Of a stretch of 64,000 nucleotides of DNA, positions 47,448 to 60,000 are shown piece by piece. The notes under the pieces were generated by a model. It was given only the letters and a program-made list of their open reading frames with translations. It searched no databases and was not told the DNA's origin. Each line of letters begins with the position of its first letter. The first letter of the stretch is position 1. The DNA is taken from contig OZ336876.1 of the NCBI GenBank assembly GCA_965287045.1, forward strand, positions 85,932,001 to 85,996,000, read 5' to 3'. Origin of the DNA: Carcharhinus amblyrhynchos (Eukaryota). Position numbers and translations under genes: made by a program.

Positions 47448-49837
47448 TTTTTAAAAAATGTATTTTCGCTCATTGCAGCTGCCAGCTAAGACAGTGTGCT
47501 TTGTACTTCCCCAGAGAACCAAGCTTTATTGTATGTAGTGGCTTGATCTTGCAAGACTTGGGAGCAATGACTGCAAAGTATTTTTTTCATCAAAATGTAA
47601 TTTTCCACTATTAATCAATGGACATCTCACCCTCACTTGCCAGGGGAAGTGTTTTCCCAAGGGTAATGAAAATTCCAAGCGAGGTCAAATCCACTTACCC
47701 ATTTCCAGTCTAGGCTTGATTAGTGAGGAGCTGGAAAGGGACAAACTGAAGGGGCAGTGTTTGAGGAGCTGAGGAATCACATAATGCCAGAATGTGAAAA
47801 TATTTGACATGAATTAAGTAAATGTATTGGCTGTGAGGCATTATTTTCCTTGAGACACAAAAGACAGTGAGCTGTTTTAAGAACTGACATTCCTCATGAC
47901 CGCTTCCAAAGTAACATAGCTGAGACTGAATCTTTTACATGAACTGGGAAACTTGCCAGGTTATCACATGCTGGACATAAATACATCTCAATTCCACATG
48001 CTTGTCATGTGCGTATATTTCAAATGCAGCACATGAATGTTAACAGAGTGCTTACAAAAAGAAGCAATAGGAAGCACTGTGCAGTGGATCTCGCTCACTA
48101 CAGGCCCCCATGCTTCAATTTTCCTATTCTTGATATGGAATACGCTGAACTGAATCTTATGTACCTCTGCTGTCAAACAACAAATTAATTAGTCATCTTA
48201 CATTATCACCATGGCCAGAATTTTACATTCACTTCCGAGGCAATGGAAGTTGGGGGGGGAGGTGCGGTGTGGGGTGTTGGGAGCATAAACATAGACAGGA
48301 TTCGCTCTGGGGTCTCACCCATCCTGACCCAGGCTCAATTTCACAATAAGGTAAACAGGTTCTCGGAGAAAAGCCTGCCTGTTAAGGCAAATTTAAGGGC
48401 CTTTTCCTGTCCCACCTCAATATTTAGGCTGGCAGGTGCCAGTTGGCACCCTACCCTCAGGGATCTGGGAGCTCTGACCCTCCTGCCTTGCACTCCACAT
48501 CCATTCCCCCCCTATTCCCCTCCATCCCTGGCCTACTGCCCAACATCAACCCCCCCAAGCCATCACCACCCACCTCAATCAAATGAAAATTTTCTTGGCT
48601 CCTTGTTGCCAAATTTATCCAGGATCTTCCAGGAACATAGGACAGATTATACACATCAGGATCAAATGATTACGCATTGTGCATCAGGATTAACATGAAG
48701 GATTAAAAGATGAGTAGTGCCAGAGTTGGCGAAAATGCAGCGGCTCCCACGCTTACACCACATGACCCACCTCACTGGGTTTTAATAGTGTACCCCCAAA
48801 TCATAACTATTGCTGAAGTACCTCTCTGGTCCTGGAAAAATAATTTTGTATCTTATAATTACTGAGGCTACAGTGTATCTTGTGTGGTGAAAAGGCAAAA
48901 TTATCATAGATTTATTTGGAAAATTGCCTGTGAGAGCAGACGGGAATTGGGCTCTTGTGTCATGCAAGCTGACTTATGATTGGTTTATTTTAGTTCCTTC
49001 TCTCTGCACATTCACCATGCTCTGTGGAAAGCAGTTGAAATTAAACTCTTCATCTTTCCTTTTTTAAGTTTGAATCTGTGCCCCCGGTCCAGAATTTTAG
49101 TGAGATCATCATATGATGACCCCTGTAATTTTGTGTTATCTGCAAACCTAGAACTACTTCTGCACCCACCTCCGTTATAAACAATATTCATAGCACTGAT
49201 CAAGAACTAATTTCCATTCACAATCATCTTTTATTTTCCTTAGTCGTATTTCAGTGCACCTCACAAACTTGTCACCTCTTCCATGCTTTCCTACTTAGTG
49301 GTTTCATTGTGCAGTTTTAAGAGTACATTTAAAAAATGGCAGTCAGGCAAAGACCAGTGCTAATCACTGTTGACCCTTCACATCCTATTACAGTGCAATT
49401 GAGAATCATGACCTCCATTGCCTCCTACCCACTAATAACCATACAACGTAGTAAAAGCCCTGGGTCAATTCAGAGGACAAAACATCCAGGAAGTTTGTTT
49501 CTGATCCGCAAAAGTATTCAGAACCATTTCCAAGAGGCAAGTTTCCAAAAAATATAAATCCCGAGGGCGTAAGTGGCATTAGCCATAGTCAGAAACTCTT
49601 CTAGTTCCTGTGCAGCACATCCATTTTCTGCATGAGGGAGCAACTTGATCTCCTACAAATCAAAAACTTAACTTGAGATCTAACCTGATTCAATTCTTTT
49701 CTAACTTACAGGTATGATCACCACATCCCCAGCTTTTCTTTCAGTCCTCCGTCACCAACTTCGTTCAGAATGGTCCAATTTCAAGGGCAAGAATCTAATC
49801 TTTTGTAATTTTAAAAATCTTCAATCAAAGATTGAAC

Positions 49838-50077
49838 CGGGCGGTGCGGTAGCACAGTGGTTAGCACTGCTGCTTCACAGCTCCAGGGACCTGGGTTCGA
49901 TCCCAGCTCGGGTCAATATCTGTGTGGAGTTTGCACATTCTCCTCGTGTCTGCGTGGGTTTCCGCCAGGTACTCTGGTTTCCTCCCGCAGTCCACAGATG
50001 GGCAGGTTAGGTTGATTGGCCATGCTAAAATTGCCCCTTAGTGTACTAGGATGCTTAGGTTAGAGGGATTAGCAGGG
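49838..50077 (+). mobile_element. HE1-like SINE, tail A, 3'-truncated
   Basis: Matches the family by eye. Confidence 0.85.
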
Positions 50078-50459
50078 TTCTAAATGTCCTTGCGCTCTAT
50101 ATTTTCCTAAATTTAAAAGGCATTAGCTTTCTAAGTAAGCCAATCATGGTTAACTAATGGCCTTTTAGGCAAACTGTCAGGCTAGTGGATGTCCTGTGAC
50201 CTTTTTCTAGGTGCTTCTATATTAGTCACAAAGTGACAGGATCAAATCAAATCTGGACAAAGTGCCTGACAGAATGCCTAAAGATAATGAGAATTCTCTC
50301 CTAGATTTTGCAATACCTTTTCTGATCATGAAATTCTCATGTATTCTCAGCTGGATCCCTTTCCCGCTCAGCACTCTGCATCTTTTGAGTGGGTGCACAC
50401 ATGCTGTGTTAAAGGATCTCTGCCACCTGGAGGCCTATTCCCAAATTGCATTGTGAAGA

Positions 50460-50770
50460 TATAGAATCATAGATTCCCTACAGTGCAGAAGAAAATCAGT
50501 CAGTCCAAGGAGCTTGCACTGACAACTATCCCACCCAGGCCCTATCCTTGTAACCCCACTTATTTATCCTGCTAGTCTCCCTGACACAATTGAGCATGGC
50601 CAATCAACCTAACCAGCATATTTTTTGGATTGTGGGAGGAAACCGGAGCACCCAAAGAAAACCCACACAGACACAGGGAGAACATGCAAACTCCACAAAC
50701 AGTCACCTGGAATCGAACCGGCATCCATGGTGCTGTGTGGCAGCAGTGCTAACTACTGTACCACTGTGCT
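50460..50770 (-). mobile_element. HE1-like SINE, tail A
   Basis: Matches the family by eye. Confidence 0.85.
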
Positions 50771-51514
50771 GGTATATTCTGGTCTCAGCAATTCTTCCTC
50801 AAAAAATTTCAGTAAATCTGTCAGGCTGATTCTCTTTTATTATAACATAGCTATTAGGGCACTTCATTATTCCCCCTTTTCAAGGTGCCTTTGTTACTTC
50901 ACCCACAGAATGCCAGGATTGGGGAATTTCAAAGTGAGACAACAATTCTGAGTGTGAGCGTGATGTCAGCACGTAGATTGGTTGAGGCTATAGTACACCA
51001 GACAAGTGCAATTTAACAAGGAATTGCATGAGGGCAAGGTGCAAGGGTAGTGTGGAATTGTTCCCAGCAATATTTAACGTTCTACTGTTGTGGTTAAAAT
51101 TTACAATGACATCCCCAAATTATCCAAAATATTGGCTGAAATGCAGTCCTTGCAAATCTCATGCTGAATGATTGCAGTTTGTTCTATGAATGGAATTGTT
51201 ACAAAACCATGGAGCTAAAGCGAGCAGCTGATGAACTGTTTAGGAGTTGGTGTTTTCTCAATCCTGCAGATTAATTAACCTTGGCATCATTAAGAACCCA
51301 ACCGGTACTCGCAATGCTATGGGTTGCAGCAAGAACCTCGGTGCCACACCATAATCCCCATCATCCAGTTCCTTAACATTGTGCAATTGCACATACTTGA
51401 TTGCTTGACCCAGCAGCTGATTTACAAGTATGCTGCAGTCAAATATATTGCAAACATGTTTGATTTTCTTTTTAACCTTAGGACTTAACTGGTTATAAGA
51501 TAATAAGTATCATC

Positions 51515-51940
51515 TGTCGTTCAGCTGATAACGCACTCATCTCTGAGCCGCAAGTTTGTGATTTCAAGTCCTATTTCAGCATAAAAATCAAGGTTGGCGC
51601 TGCAGTGCTCTAAATAGGGAGCGCTGTATTGTCAGAGGTGTTGCCTCTGAGGCGAGATATTATGGAGGCCCAATTTCTCTTTCAGATGGATGTAAAAGAT
51701 TCCATACAACTACTTTGAAGGAGAGCTAGGGGAGTTTGGTGTCCTAGTTCATAATTATCCATCAGTCAATGTCACAAATTCAGATTACCTGGCCATTATC
51801 ATGTTACTGTTTGTGAACAAATTAGTTGCCACATTTTCTACATTGCAACACAAGCTGAACTTCAAAAGTACTTCATTAAATGTAAAGTGCTTTGGACCGT
51901 CTTGTTGTCATGAAAGGTGCCATATAAATGCAAGTCTTTT
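51515..51940 (+). mobile_element. Ancient Deu-domain SINE (SacSINE1/AmnSINE-like)
   Basis: gggagcgctgtattgtcagaggtg…cagatggatgtaaaagattccatacaactactttgaag…tgtaaagtgctttgg…tataaatgcaagtct. A partial inverted copy lies at about 10510-10650. Confidence 0.7.
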
Positions 51941-52839
51941 GCTCTCAAATTTAGTTAACAATGCATTAATTTATTTGGGCATTACCCTGCACATAAGTCT
52001 TGAAATTAAGATGATGAAAAATCCAAACAGGTAAATATTTCGTTGGCCTCTTATGGAACGCATACTTTTTCCCCACTGCCCCGTAAGAACATTCCCCTCT
52101 TGCCCAGTCCAGAGAGCTTAAGTATGCATTTTTTTAAGTCACGTTTGCAGGTGTGTGCAGGCATGCACACAGCCCATCCTACGAGCGGATATTCCCACTC
52201 ATGGGAGGGGCTGTAAAATTCTACCCAGATAACGGTTTGACCACTTAAAATCAGGTAGCTCGTTAGTGCAACAAATTAGTATGTTTTCTGCTTTTTGACC
52301 ATGCATGACCAGTAGAGTCAATGGGGCATTGATTTCCAATGTTACTTGGTGAACCCACATCTTTTGTTACTGGTCTAAGCCTCCCATTCAATTAGTGAGA
52401 TAGTCAATCATGAACAATGTTCTGGAATAGTACAGACCCACCACAGAGGATTCACTTGATACCGAATTATGACTGTCGGGTGCATCGGCTTGCAGCCATC
52501 TAGATGGAACATGTGTTTAGTAAAACAAAAGTGTTAATCCTTTGGGATGCACAGTACATGGAATAGATATTTGTCTGAGTCAATTGAGTTTGCCCAGATG
52601 CCAAGTGCAGAGGAAAGCTATCCAAGAAGCATTACATGGCTGTTATTTAGTCTGCTTCAATTTCACTAATTGATGTAAAATATGCATGTGATGTTCCCCA
52701 ATGTTTTAACTTTCTACATTGCACCCAGGTGATCCAGTACACTGAGCCAGTGGAACAGGAAGATGTGCCCCTATAAGTACATAATGTCAAGTTTTTTAGA
52801 AACTAAGAAATGCATTCTATCTGTTTTCTTAATTCACAG

Positions 52840-53025
52840 GGTTCTGAAGAACCAAAGCTGAAATCTGAGCATATCAGTACACTTATTGTTAGTTTGCGGG
52901 AGTTTGTAAGATCAACTGATCGCAAAATCATCTCAGCCACCCTATCTCAGCTGAAGCTGGAGTTGGATTTTGACAATCATGCCATTAACCAGATTCAGAT
53001 GGTGCTCTTTGGCTTCCAAGAAGCT
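52840..53025 (+). CDS. MAP3K5: MAP3K5 exon (186 nt)
   Basis: ttcacag|GGTTCT...GAAGCT|gtaagt. GSEEPKLKSEHISTLIVSLREFVRSTDRKIISATLSQLKLELDFDNHAINQIQMVLFGFQEA. Confidence 0.95.
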
Positions 53026-54644
53026 GTAAGTTCTCATTTATTTATTTTGATCGGAAAACATTTCTTGAAGTCCTGGTGTCTTCTGGATGTTGAGGGTCCT
53101 GTATGAAATGCGTCTGGCCTCTCTCACTGTAGTTGTTGGTGAACATGGATCTACACAATTCCTCCATATGTGACAAACCATACTGTTCAGTTCACCTGAC
53201 ATGAAAAGTGTTCTAATAACATTTGTGATTTACATAAAAAAAACATGAAGTGCTGGAAAAATTCAGCACTTTACCTCGTCATGAGGGGGATGGGGACAGA
53301 AAATGCGATGAGCCAACTGACTTTGGCAGTACTGGAAATTCCCGCTCATGGGAGGGGCTGTAAAATTTCACCCAGAGTTAATGGAACACTCTAAAGAAGA
53401 GTCATATTGGACTTGAAATATTAATTCCATTTTCCTCCTCCACAAATGTTGCCACATTTGCATTTGCTGAGTTTTTTTCTGTTTTATTTCAGATCTCCAG
53501 CATCCACAGTATTTTGCTTTTATGTTCAAAACCATGATGTCCAAAAACACTTGTGTAAATAAATTGCATCTGTCAACAATGTATTTATATTGGTTTTATG
53601 GATTTTTGAATACAATATATTCTAGTTTCCCTGATGGCCCTATACACTTACCTACTCTGAAAGAGGTTCATACCTCCATTCAAAAAAAAATAAACAGGCA
53701 TTTTATTTTTTTTTAATTGCTTCATTGTGGGTGTGGATTCACTGGGAAAACCAGCATTTATGCCTCACCCCTAATTGCCCTTGAAAAGGTGGATCTAAGC
53801 CACTTTCTTGAACTGCTGCTGTTCATGTAGTGTAGGTACACTTGCACTGCAGTTAAGAATGGAGTTTCAGGGTTTTTGATTCAGTGGCATCGGATGAATA
53901 GCGGATATATATGTGAATATTTATATGCTCATATCAAGAAGCAGAAGAAATGAGGGAGATGGTGGTGTCGTGATAGGTGTCTGAAACAACACTGTTGGGT
54001 GTCTGGTGTCCAGCAATACTTTTGGTGGAGCAGAAAAGGAGATTAAAGTTAAGAAATCGCCATTACCCAGTGCGCATGATCATGGGATAATTTATCACAC
54101 TAGGTAAGGCAAATGATTGTGGGGGAGAAAGATTGCTCAGCCTCAACAAGATCTGCAACCACTTTTCCTGCGAACACCCCACCCTCCACATGAGGCAGGT
54201 GAATACAAAATCAGCTTAGTCATCAGAAACATCTAAATGATACTAAATCCAGAGTTATTGCTCACTAGGTTTATTGCTACCAATCCAGCATGAATCTCAC
54301 TAATCAGAAAACCAGCCCAAAAAGTTCAGGGTAATATTACGCAAGAGTCTCCCGGAATGAAAGATTAATCTCCTTGACATTGCCACTAGCAGCTAGATTG
54401 AAAGTTAAAGAATTTTTTGTTTTCTTGCCTGCTGAGCACTTTCCATCTATCTGTGAAAGTCCCACCATTCATCCCACCATGCTTCATTCCTGCAGTTATT
54501 GGTGCATTGTGCAGTCCCTCTCAATCTGTCACTGTTTTATGGAACATAGAAGATGGGATGTGGGGAATCAAGCTTCAACAAGGACGCCTGGGGTTATTTC
54601 GGTTTGGAACATGACCCCAACCATGAGACAGCAATCATCTGCAT

Positions 54645-55592
54645 ACAGAGTCATAGAGGTTTACAACATGGAAACAGGCCCTTCATCCCAACTTGTCCAT
54701 GCGTCCTTAAACCCCTAAGCTAATCCCAATTGCCTGCATTTGGCCCTTATCTCTCTATATCCATCGTACTCATGTAACTATCTAAATGCTTTTTAAAAGA
54801 CAAAATTGTACCTGCCTCTACTACTACTACTACTACCTCTGGTAGCTTGTTCCAGACACTCACCACCGTCTGAAAAATTTCCCCTCTGGACACTTCTGTA
54901 TCTTCCCCCTCTCGCCTTAAACCTATGCCCTCTAGTTTTAGACTTCCTTACCTTTCTTTTCCCAAAGGTAGGGAAGTCTAAAACTAGAGGGCATAGGTTT
55001 AAGGCGAGTGTGAAAAGATACAGAAGTGTCCAGAGGGGAAATTTTTCACAGAGGGTGGTGACTGTCTGGAACAAGCTGCCAGAGGTAGTAGTAGACCTCT
55101 ATAAGATCACTTCTCAGCCTCCTATGCTCCAGAGAAAAAAGTCCCAATCTATTCGGCCTCTCCTTATTACTCAATCCGCCAAGTCCCAGTAGCATCCTAG
55201 TAAATCTTTTCTGCACTCGTTCTAGTTTAATAATATCCTTTCTATAATAGAGTGACCAGAATTACACACAGTATTCCAAGTGTGGCCTTACCAATGTCTT
55301 GTACAACTTCAACAAGACATCCCAACTCCTGTATTCAATGTTCTGACCAGTGAAACCAAGCATGCCGAATGCCACCTTCACCACTCTGCCCACCTTGACT
55401 CCACTTTCAAGGAGCTATGAACATGTACCCCTAGATCTCTTTGTTCTGTAACTCTCCCCAACGCCCTACCATTAACTGAGTAAGTCCTGCCCTGGTTCAA
55501 TCTACCAAAATGCATCACCTCGCATTTATCTAAATTAAACTCCATCTGCCATGTGTCAGCCCACTGGCCCAATTGAGCAAGATCCCATTGCA
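54645..55592 (-). mobile_element. CR1 fragment containing an internal inverted duplication
   Basis: ORF 55378-55593 (WQMEFNLDKCEVMHFGR); tail at about 54645; fold-back at 54826-55095. Confidence 0.9.
54826..55095. repeat. Long near-perfect inverted repeat (arms ~130 bp, 8-nt loop)
   Basis: 54826-54955 is the reverse complement of 54964-55095 with scattered mismatches. Confidence 0.95.
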
Positions 55593-57090
55593 ATTGGACG
55601 GATGTAATTTATTTGCACAAGTGTTTTTGTACATCATGGTCTTGAACATAAAGTCCTTTAAGAGTTTGACACCATGGAGTACAATTGATTCATGAAAAGC
55701 AGATGATCTTGTTGAGCCTACTGGCATTTTTCTTTTCCAAATATCACATTTCAGCAAGTTCAAGTTTTTTGGGGAATGTGTGTTCCCTAATGAACTGGAG
55801 AAATTCCATGCAACTTATTACACAGCTTATTCTTTAGGTATTCAGTTCTACATAACAGGTAAGTTGAACTCAAACATGAGCAAAGCTGTAAATTTCCACA
55901 AAATGAGAGAGTTTTGAGCCAGTGAACGTGCTATGTTGAGGTAAAACTGCATTCAGAAATTAAGAAAGACTGCATTGGCAGCACAGCCTTGTGAGCACGT
56001 TCATTCTAACATTTTCATTAATCTAACTAACCTAAATGCATGTCAGATCTGTTTTGTCGCATATTGTTTCAAAACACAAGGGTAAATTGTTCCTGCATGA
56101 TAGAATTAAGTGCTCTGATGCTTTCTCAGCTTGCTAAGTATATTTGCAGATGTAATGTTTTACACTTTCATGCCTATTTTGAAGTTAATTGCTTAATTTA
56201 AAAAGTAAATGAACGCAACATCTGTTGTGTGAACCATTAGGATTGCCTCTTCATTTAGAGAGGTTTAAATCAACTATAAATCCTCAGGAGGCCACCATGA
56301 TTGGAGCATTACCAACAAATTCCATACATGATATATGCTTAATTCTTTTTACTATATTGTGACTATTATAATTCGATTCAATTTTTAAGTCTTTTGCAAG
56401 ATCCTTGCAGCCTCAATCAGCTTCACTGTTTCTTTCAGAGGAAATAGATTAAGTTTATTTATTAGTGTCACAAGTAGGCTTACATTAACACTGCAATGAA
56501 GTTACTGTGAGAATCCCTTAGCTCTGTAATAACACATTAAAGCAAGCTATTGTCGAGCTGCATTTCTTCTGTGTAATTTTAAGCTTGTTTATTCTAATTA
56601 TCACAAAGGATAGCAGTGTTATTATATAACTTTTTAAAAATCAAATTATGAAAAATCCAAAAACATAAAATACTTAAATTGCACTTCGCGTCAGTTAGCA
56701 TGTGAAGGAAAATTAATAACATAATTTTGGAGACCTCAGCTCAGGTGAAGAATTGCATTGAAATAGTGAACTTCTTTTTCTTTTCTGCATGATTAACTTT
56801 GCTGTATATTTTCTCTGTATTTCGGTGTTAAAATGAAATACCTTTTATACATTTTTGCAGTACTTTAAAGACACACTGAAATTTAACGTTTTGATGTAGA
56901 AATGCTATGCATCAGATACACCAAAAAATCTGTCACCAAAACCAAAATACCTATGTCTTTTGAGCATTTTGATCGTTTTATTGCCTGGATGCATAGGTTC
57001 AATTTTGGCTATCTATACTGTTCTGTGAAAAGTCTTAAAGATTTTAGAACAAGTATTAATAAAAGCTCATATTTTACTTCTTGACACTAG

Positions 57091-57196
57091 GTAAATAAAG
57101 TCCTGAGAACCCATAATATTAAACCTCACTGGATGTTTGCTTTGGATAACATCATTCGCAAGGCTGTGCAGACGGCTATTACCATTCTTGTACCTG
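57091..57196 (+). CDS. MAP3K5: MAP3K5 exon (106 nt)
   Basis: cactag|GTAAAT...GTACCTG|gtgagt. [35 protein letters not shown]. Confidence 0.95.
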
Positions 57197-58295
57197 GTGA
57201 GTCATTGCTGTTCCAGTGGGTATCTGGCTACTTAAGAATTCCACAGTTTCAAGCATCAGTAATTGTACTGATATGAAGTAACCTAATTAATGATTCCACT
57301 AGCACCAGATGGTCTCGAAAAAATCTACTAAAGTGCTGTTTTGTGTCCATGTTTTATTTCCTCAAAAAGATTCCTAATGTGTTACGGAATCAAAAAATCA
57401 ATTAAAGACAAGCATTATTTGTATTAATTACTACATTTTCAATGGTGCTTTTCTCTAAAACCAATTATGTGACCTAAGTGTTGAACCAAAAAAAAATTGA
57501 ATTGGATAATTTTTCTATGCCCACTCAATCTCTCTATCATTTGCTCTTCTTTTTGATGAAAAGGTTGTGTAGTAATAAAATGAAAGTGGGACTCTTGTCA
57601 AGCTGCTTAAATTGAAAGTTTTGATGATTGACTCATTATGCAAGCATAATAGCAATTAGCTGAAGTGGCCAAGGGATTTCACAAAGGCAAAATAACCTAA
57701 GACTAAGACTATGCATTTCAATCTTTACCATGGATACCAGAACTGTGTATAGTGCTCTATGTGCATATTCCTGTTTTGCCTACTTGGGGTTGTGGGCCAT
57801 CACAGCGCAAAGGCCCAATTACCTTTTTAAATTGATTATTTTATTTACATATCAGCAACAAATGTATCTAATTGCTTATAGAAGTAACTTCTTGAGGTTT
57901 TTTGCTATAACTTAAGTTCATCACAACATCCAAATGGATACACAAAAGGAGTTTCTACTGATCAGCAATCCCAAGGAAATTTCTGACCTTTGTTTTTACC
58001 CTCAAGTGTTGAAACATTATCCTTAAAATATGTATTATGAATTTCAAGAGATCTTACTCTAAGTTGAAAATGTTGATTTAATATGCACATACAAAAAGCA
58101 TTCTGTATTAGTTAATTTACATAAATAAAGTGTAAGTGAATATACCATTGTTTGGAATTGTCAGAGCCCAAAACTAATTTAAGGCTAACTTCAAATTCAG
58201 CAGCGAGTGTATTTTCCAAAAAAGTCTATAGCCTTTTCACTTTCAGACAGTACTGTAACGGGTTGGCACAGTATGCTGTTGTTGTCTTCCTATAG

Positions 58296-58548
58296 AACTG
58301 AGACCACATTTCAGCCTTGCCTCTGGGAGTGATGCTGCAGACCAAGAAGAAGCAGATGATGAGGATGGTGATGATGAAGATCACAATGAGCCAACTCTCT
58401 CTCAAACTCAACGGCCAAATGCTGTGAATGAGGACCCAATACCAACCTCGGGCGTTAGCACCCTTAGTTCAACGTTGTCCCATGATTCCCAATATGTACA
58501 CAGGACATTGAGTATGCAGTTGGGACGGCTCAAATTAGAAACCAGCAG
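58296..58548 (+). CDS. MAP3K5: MAP3K5 exon (253 nt), acidic and Ser/Thr-rich region
   Basis: cctatag|AACTGA...CCAGCAG|gtaaat. ELRPHFSLASGSDAADQEEADDEDGDDEDHNE...TSGVSTLSSTLSHDSQYVHRTLSMQLGRLKLETSR. Confidence 0.94.
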
Positions 58549-59887
58549 GTAAATTTCATTGGGTGGGATTTTAAGGCCTCTCCATTGTGCACCCCTTGCC
58601 TGCTCCAATTCCTATGGCAGGCGGAATGTTAGAATTCCAGCGAATATCTCAAATGTATTAATAAACTCTTAATAAATCAAATCAGACTCGATAAAACTAT
58701 TTACATTTCAAATTTTGTGAACGTCTTCAGATCCCATTTATACAAGAAAGGCAATATTCTTAACAGTGAAATCTTGCAACAACAAGACATTATTTTGAAA
58801 TAATAACTAATTGCTGAAAAAACTTAACAGGTCTGGCAGCATCTGTGGAGAGAGAAACAAAAGGCTGGGATTCTCCACCTTAATTTTCGATGGGTAGAAA
58901 ACCTGAAGAAGACAGAGAATCCAATAGGAGTCCCCAAAGGGCTAATCAAATTGTCCCACCCCTTCAGTTAATGGCATAATAGGGTTCCCACCACAAAAAG
59001 TCAGAAACCCCATTACCATACATTTGCATCCCATCAACAGGCTTCCCTGCTGTAGAATGCCTCCACATTATGACTTTTTTTCTCTCCCACCCCCAACCCT
59101 GCTGACATCACATTATATCAGAAATGGGCCACCAGGGACCCTGAGTGGTCCCTGCCAGAGGCACGCAGTTAAATACAGTCCTTAGGATGGGGGCGTGAGG
59201 GTCATGCCCTGGCAGTGCTGGAGGCAGTGCCAGTGGCACTGCTGGAGTGGGCTACTGTTGTCAACTCTTGGTCAAAAATGACAAAAGTCTGCCCAGAGTC
59301 AATGTTTTGAGTACAATTTTTTTTGGAACACACTACTTTGATATTGGCAATGCAGAGGATAGGGAATTAAAAATAAATATTGCCTACTTGGCAGGATCAT
59401 TTCATTATATTAATGCACTGTTCACACAGCATTAGTTCTTTTGATTATCTGCAAAAAGTATTTTTTGGGTGGGGGGGGAACAGTCAAGAAATCGATAGTA
59501 ATTGATTATTTAGTTTTGATTTCAAATGAACAACTGCAATCACAGGTCCTCAAGTTGTATGGTGTGAGCAGAAGACCATGTTTATTGAAAACACTATAGT
59601 AATATTTAAACATAATATGCTTAATGTATGGTTTATCCATACTCTGTTAAGATGAAAATGCACTCCCATGGACAGTGGGAGGTAATGTATCTTCCATTTT
59701 CCACTAGAAATTTAATTTCAACTTCAGTGTCATTCAAAACAGATCTTCACCAAAATATGTATTTGATGCACATGCAGTTTGAGTGTTACAAACTAGTGGG
59801 AAAGTTTAAGTTAAATATGGCTTTTAAAATTATGATGAAACTGAATTTTACAAAGCAGTGTTAAAGATTTTCTAATCATTTTTGTAG

Positions 59888-60000
59888 ACTTTTAGAAGAG
59901 CTTATTCAGAAGGAAAAGGATTATCAAATTCTTCTTCATCAAGCTATAGAAGAAAAGGAGCATGAAATTAAATTGCTCAGATTGAGGTCACAACCAATAG
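59888..60000 (+). CDS. MAP3K5: MAP3K5 exon (113 nt), C-terminal coiled coil
   Basis: tttgtag|ACTTTTA...CCAATAG|gtaagt. LLEELIQKEKDYQILLHQAIEEKEHEIKLLRLRSQPI. Confidence 0.94.

Larger units (their letters stand above)
53518..55653. repeat. ~58-bp inverted repeat pair 2 kb apart (53518-53575 and 55596-55653)
   Basis: tttatgttcaaaaccatgatgtccaaaaacacttgtgtaaataaattgcatctgtc versus the reverse complement tttatgttcaagaccatgatgtacaaaaacacttgtgcaaataaattacatccgtc. Confidence 0.9.
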
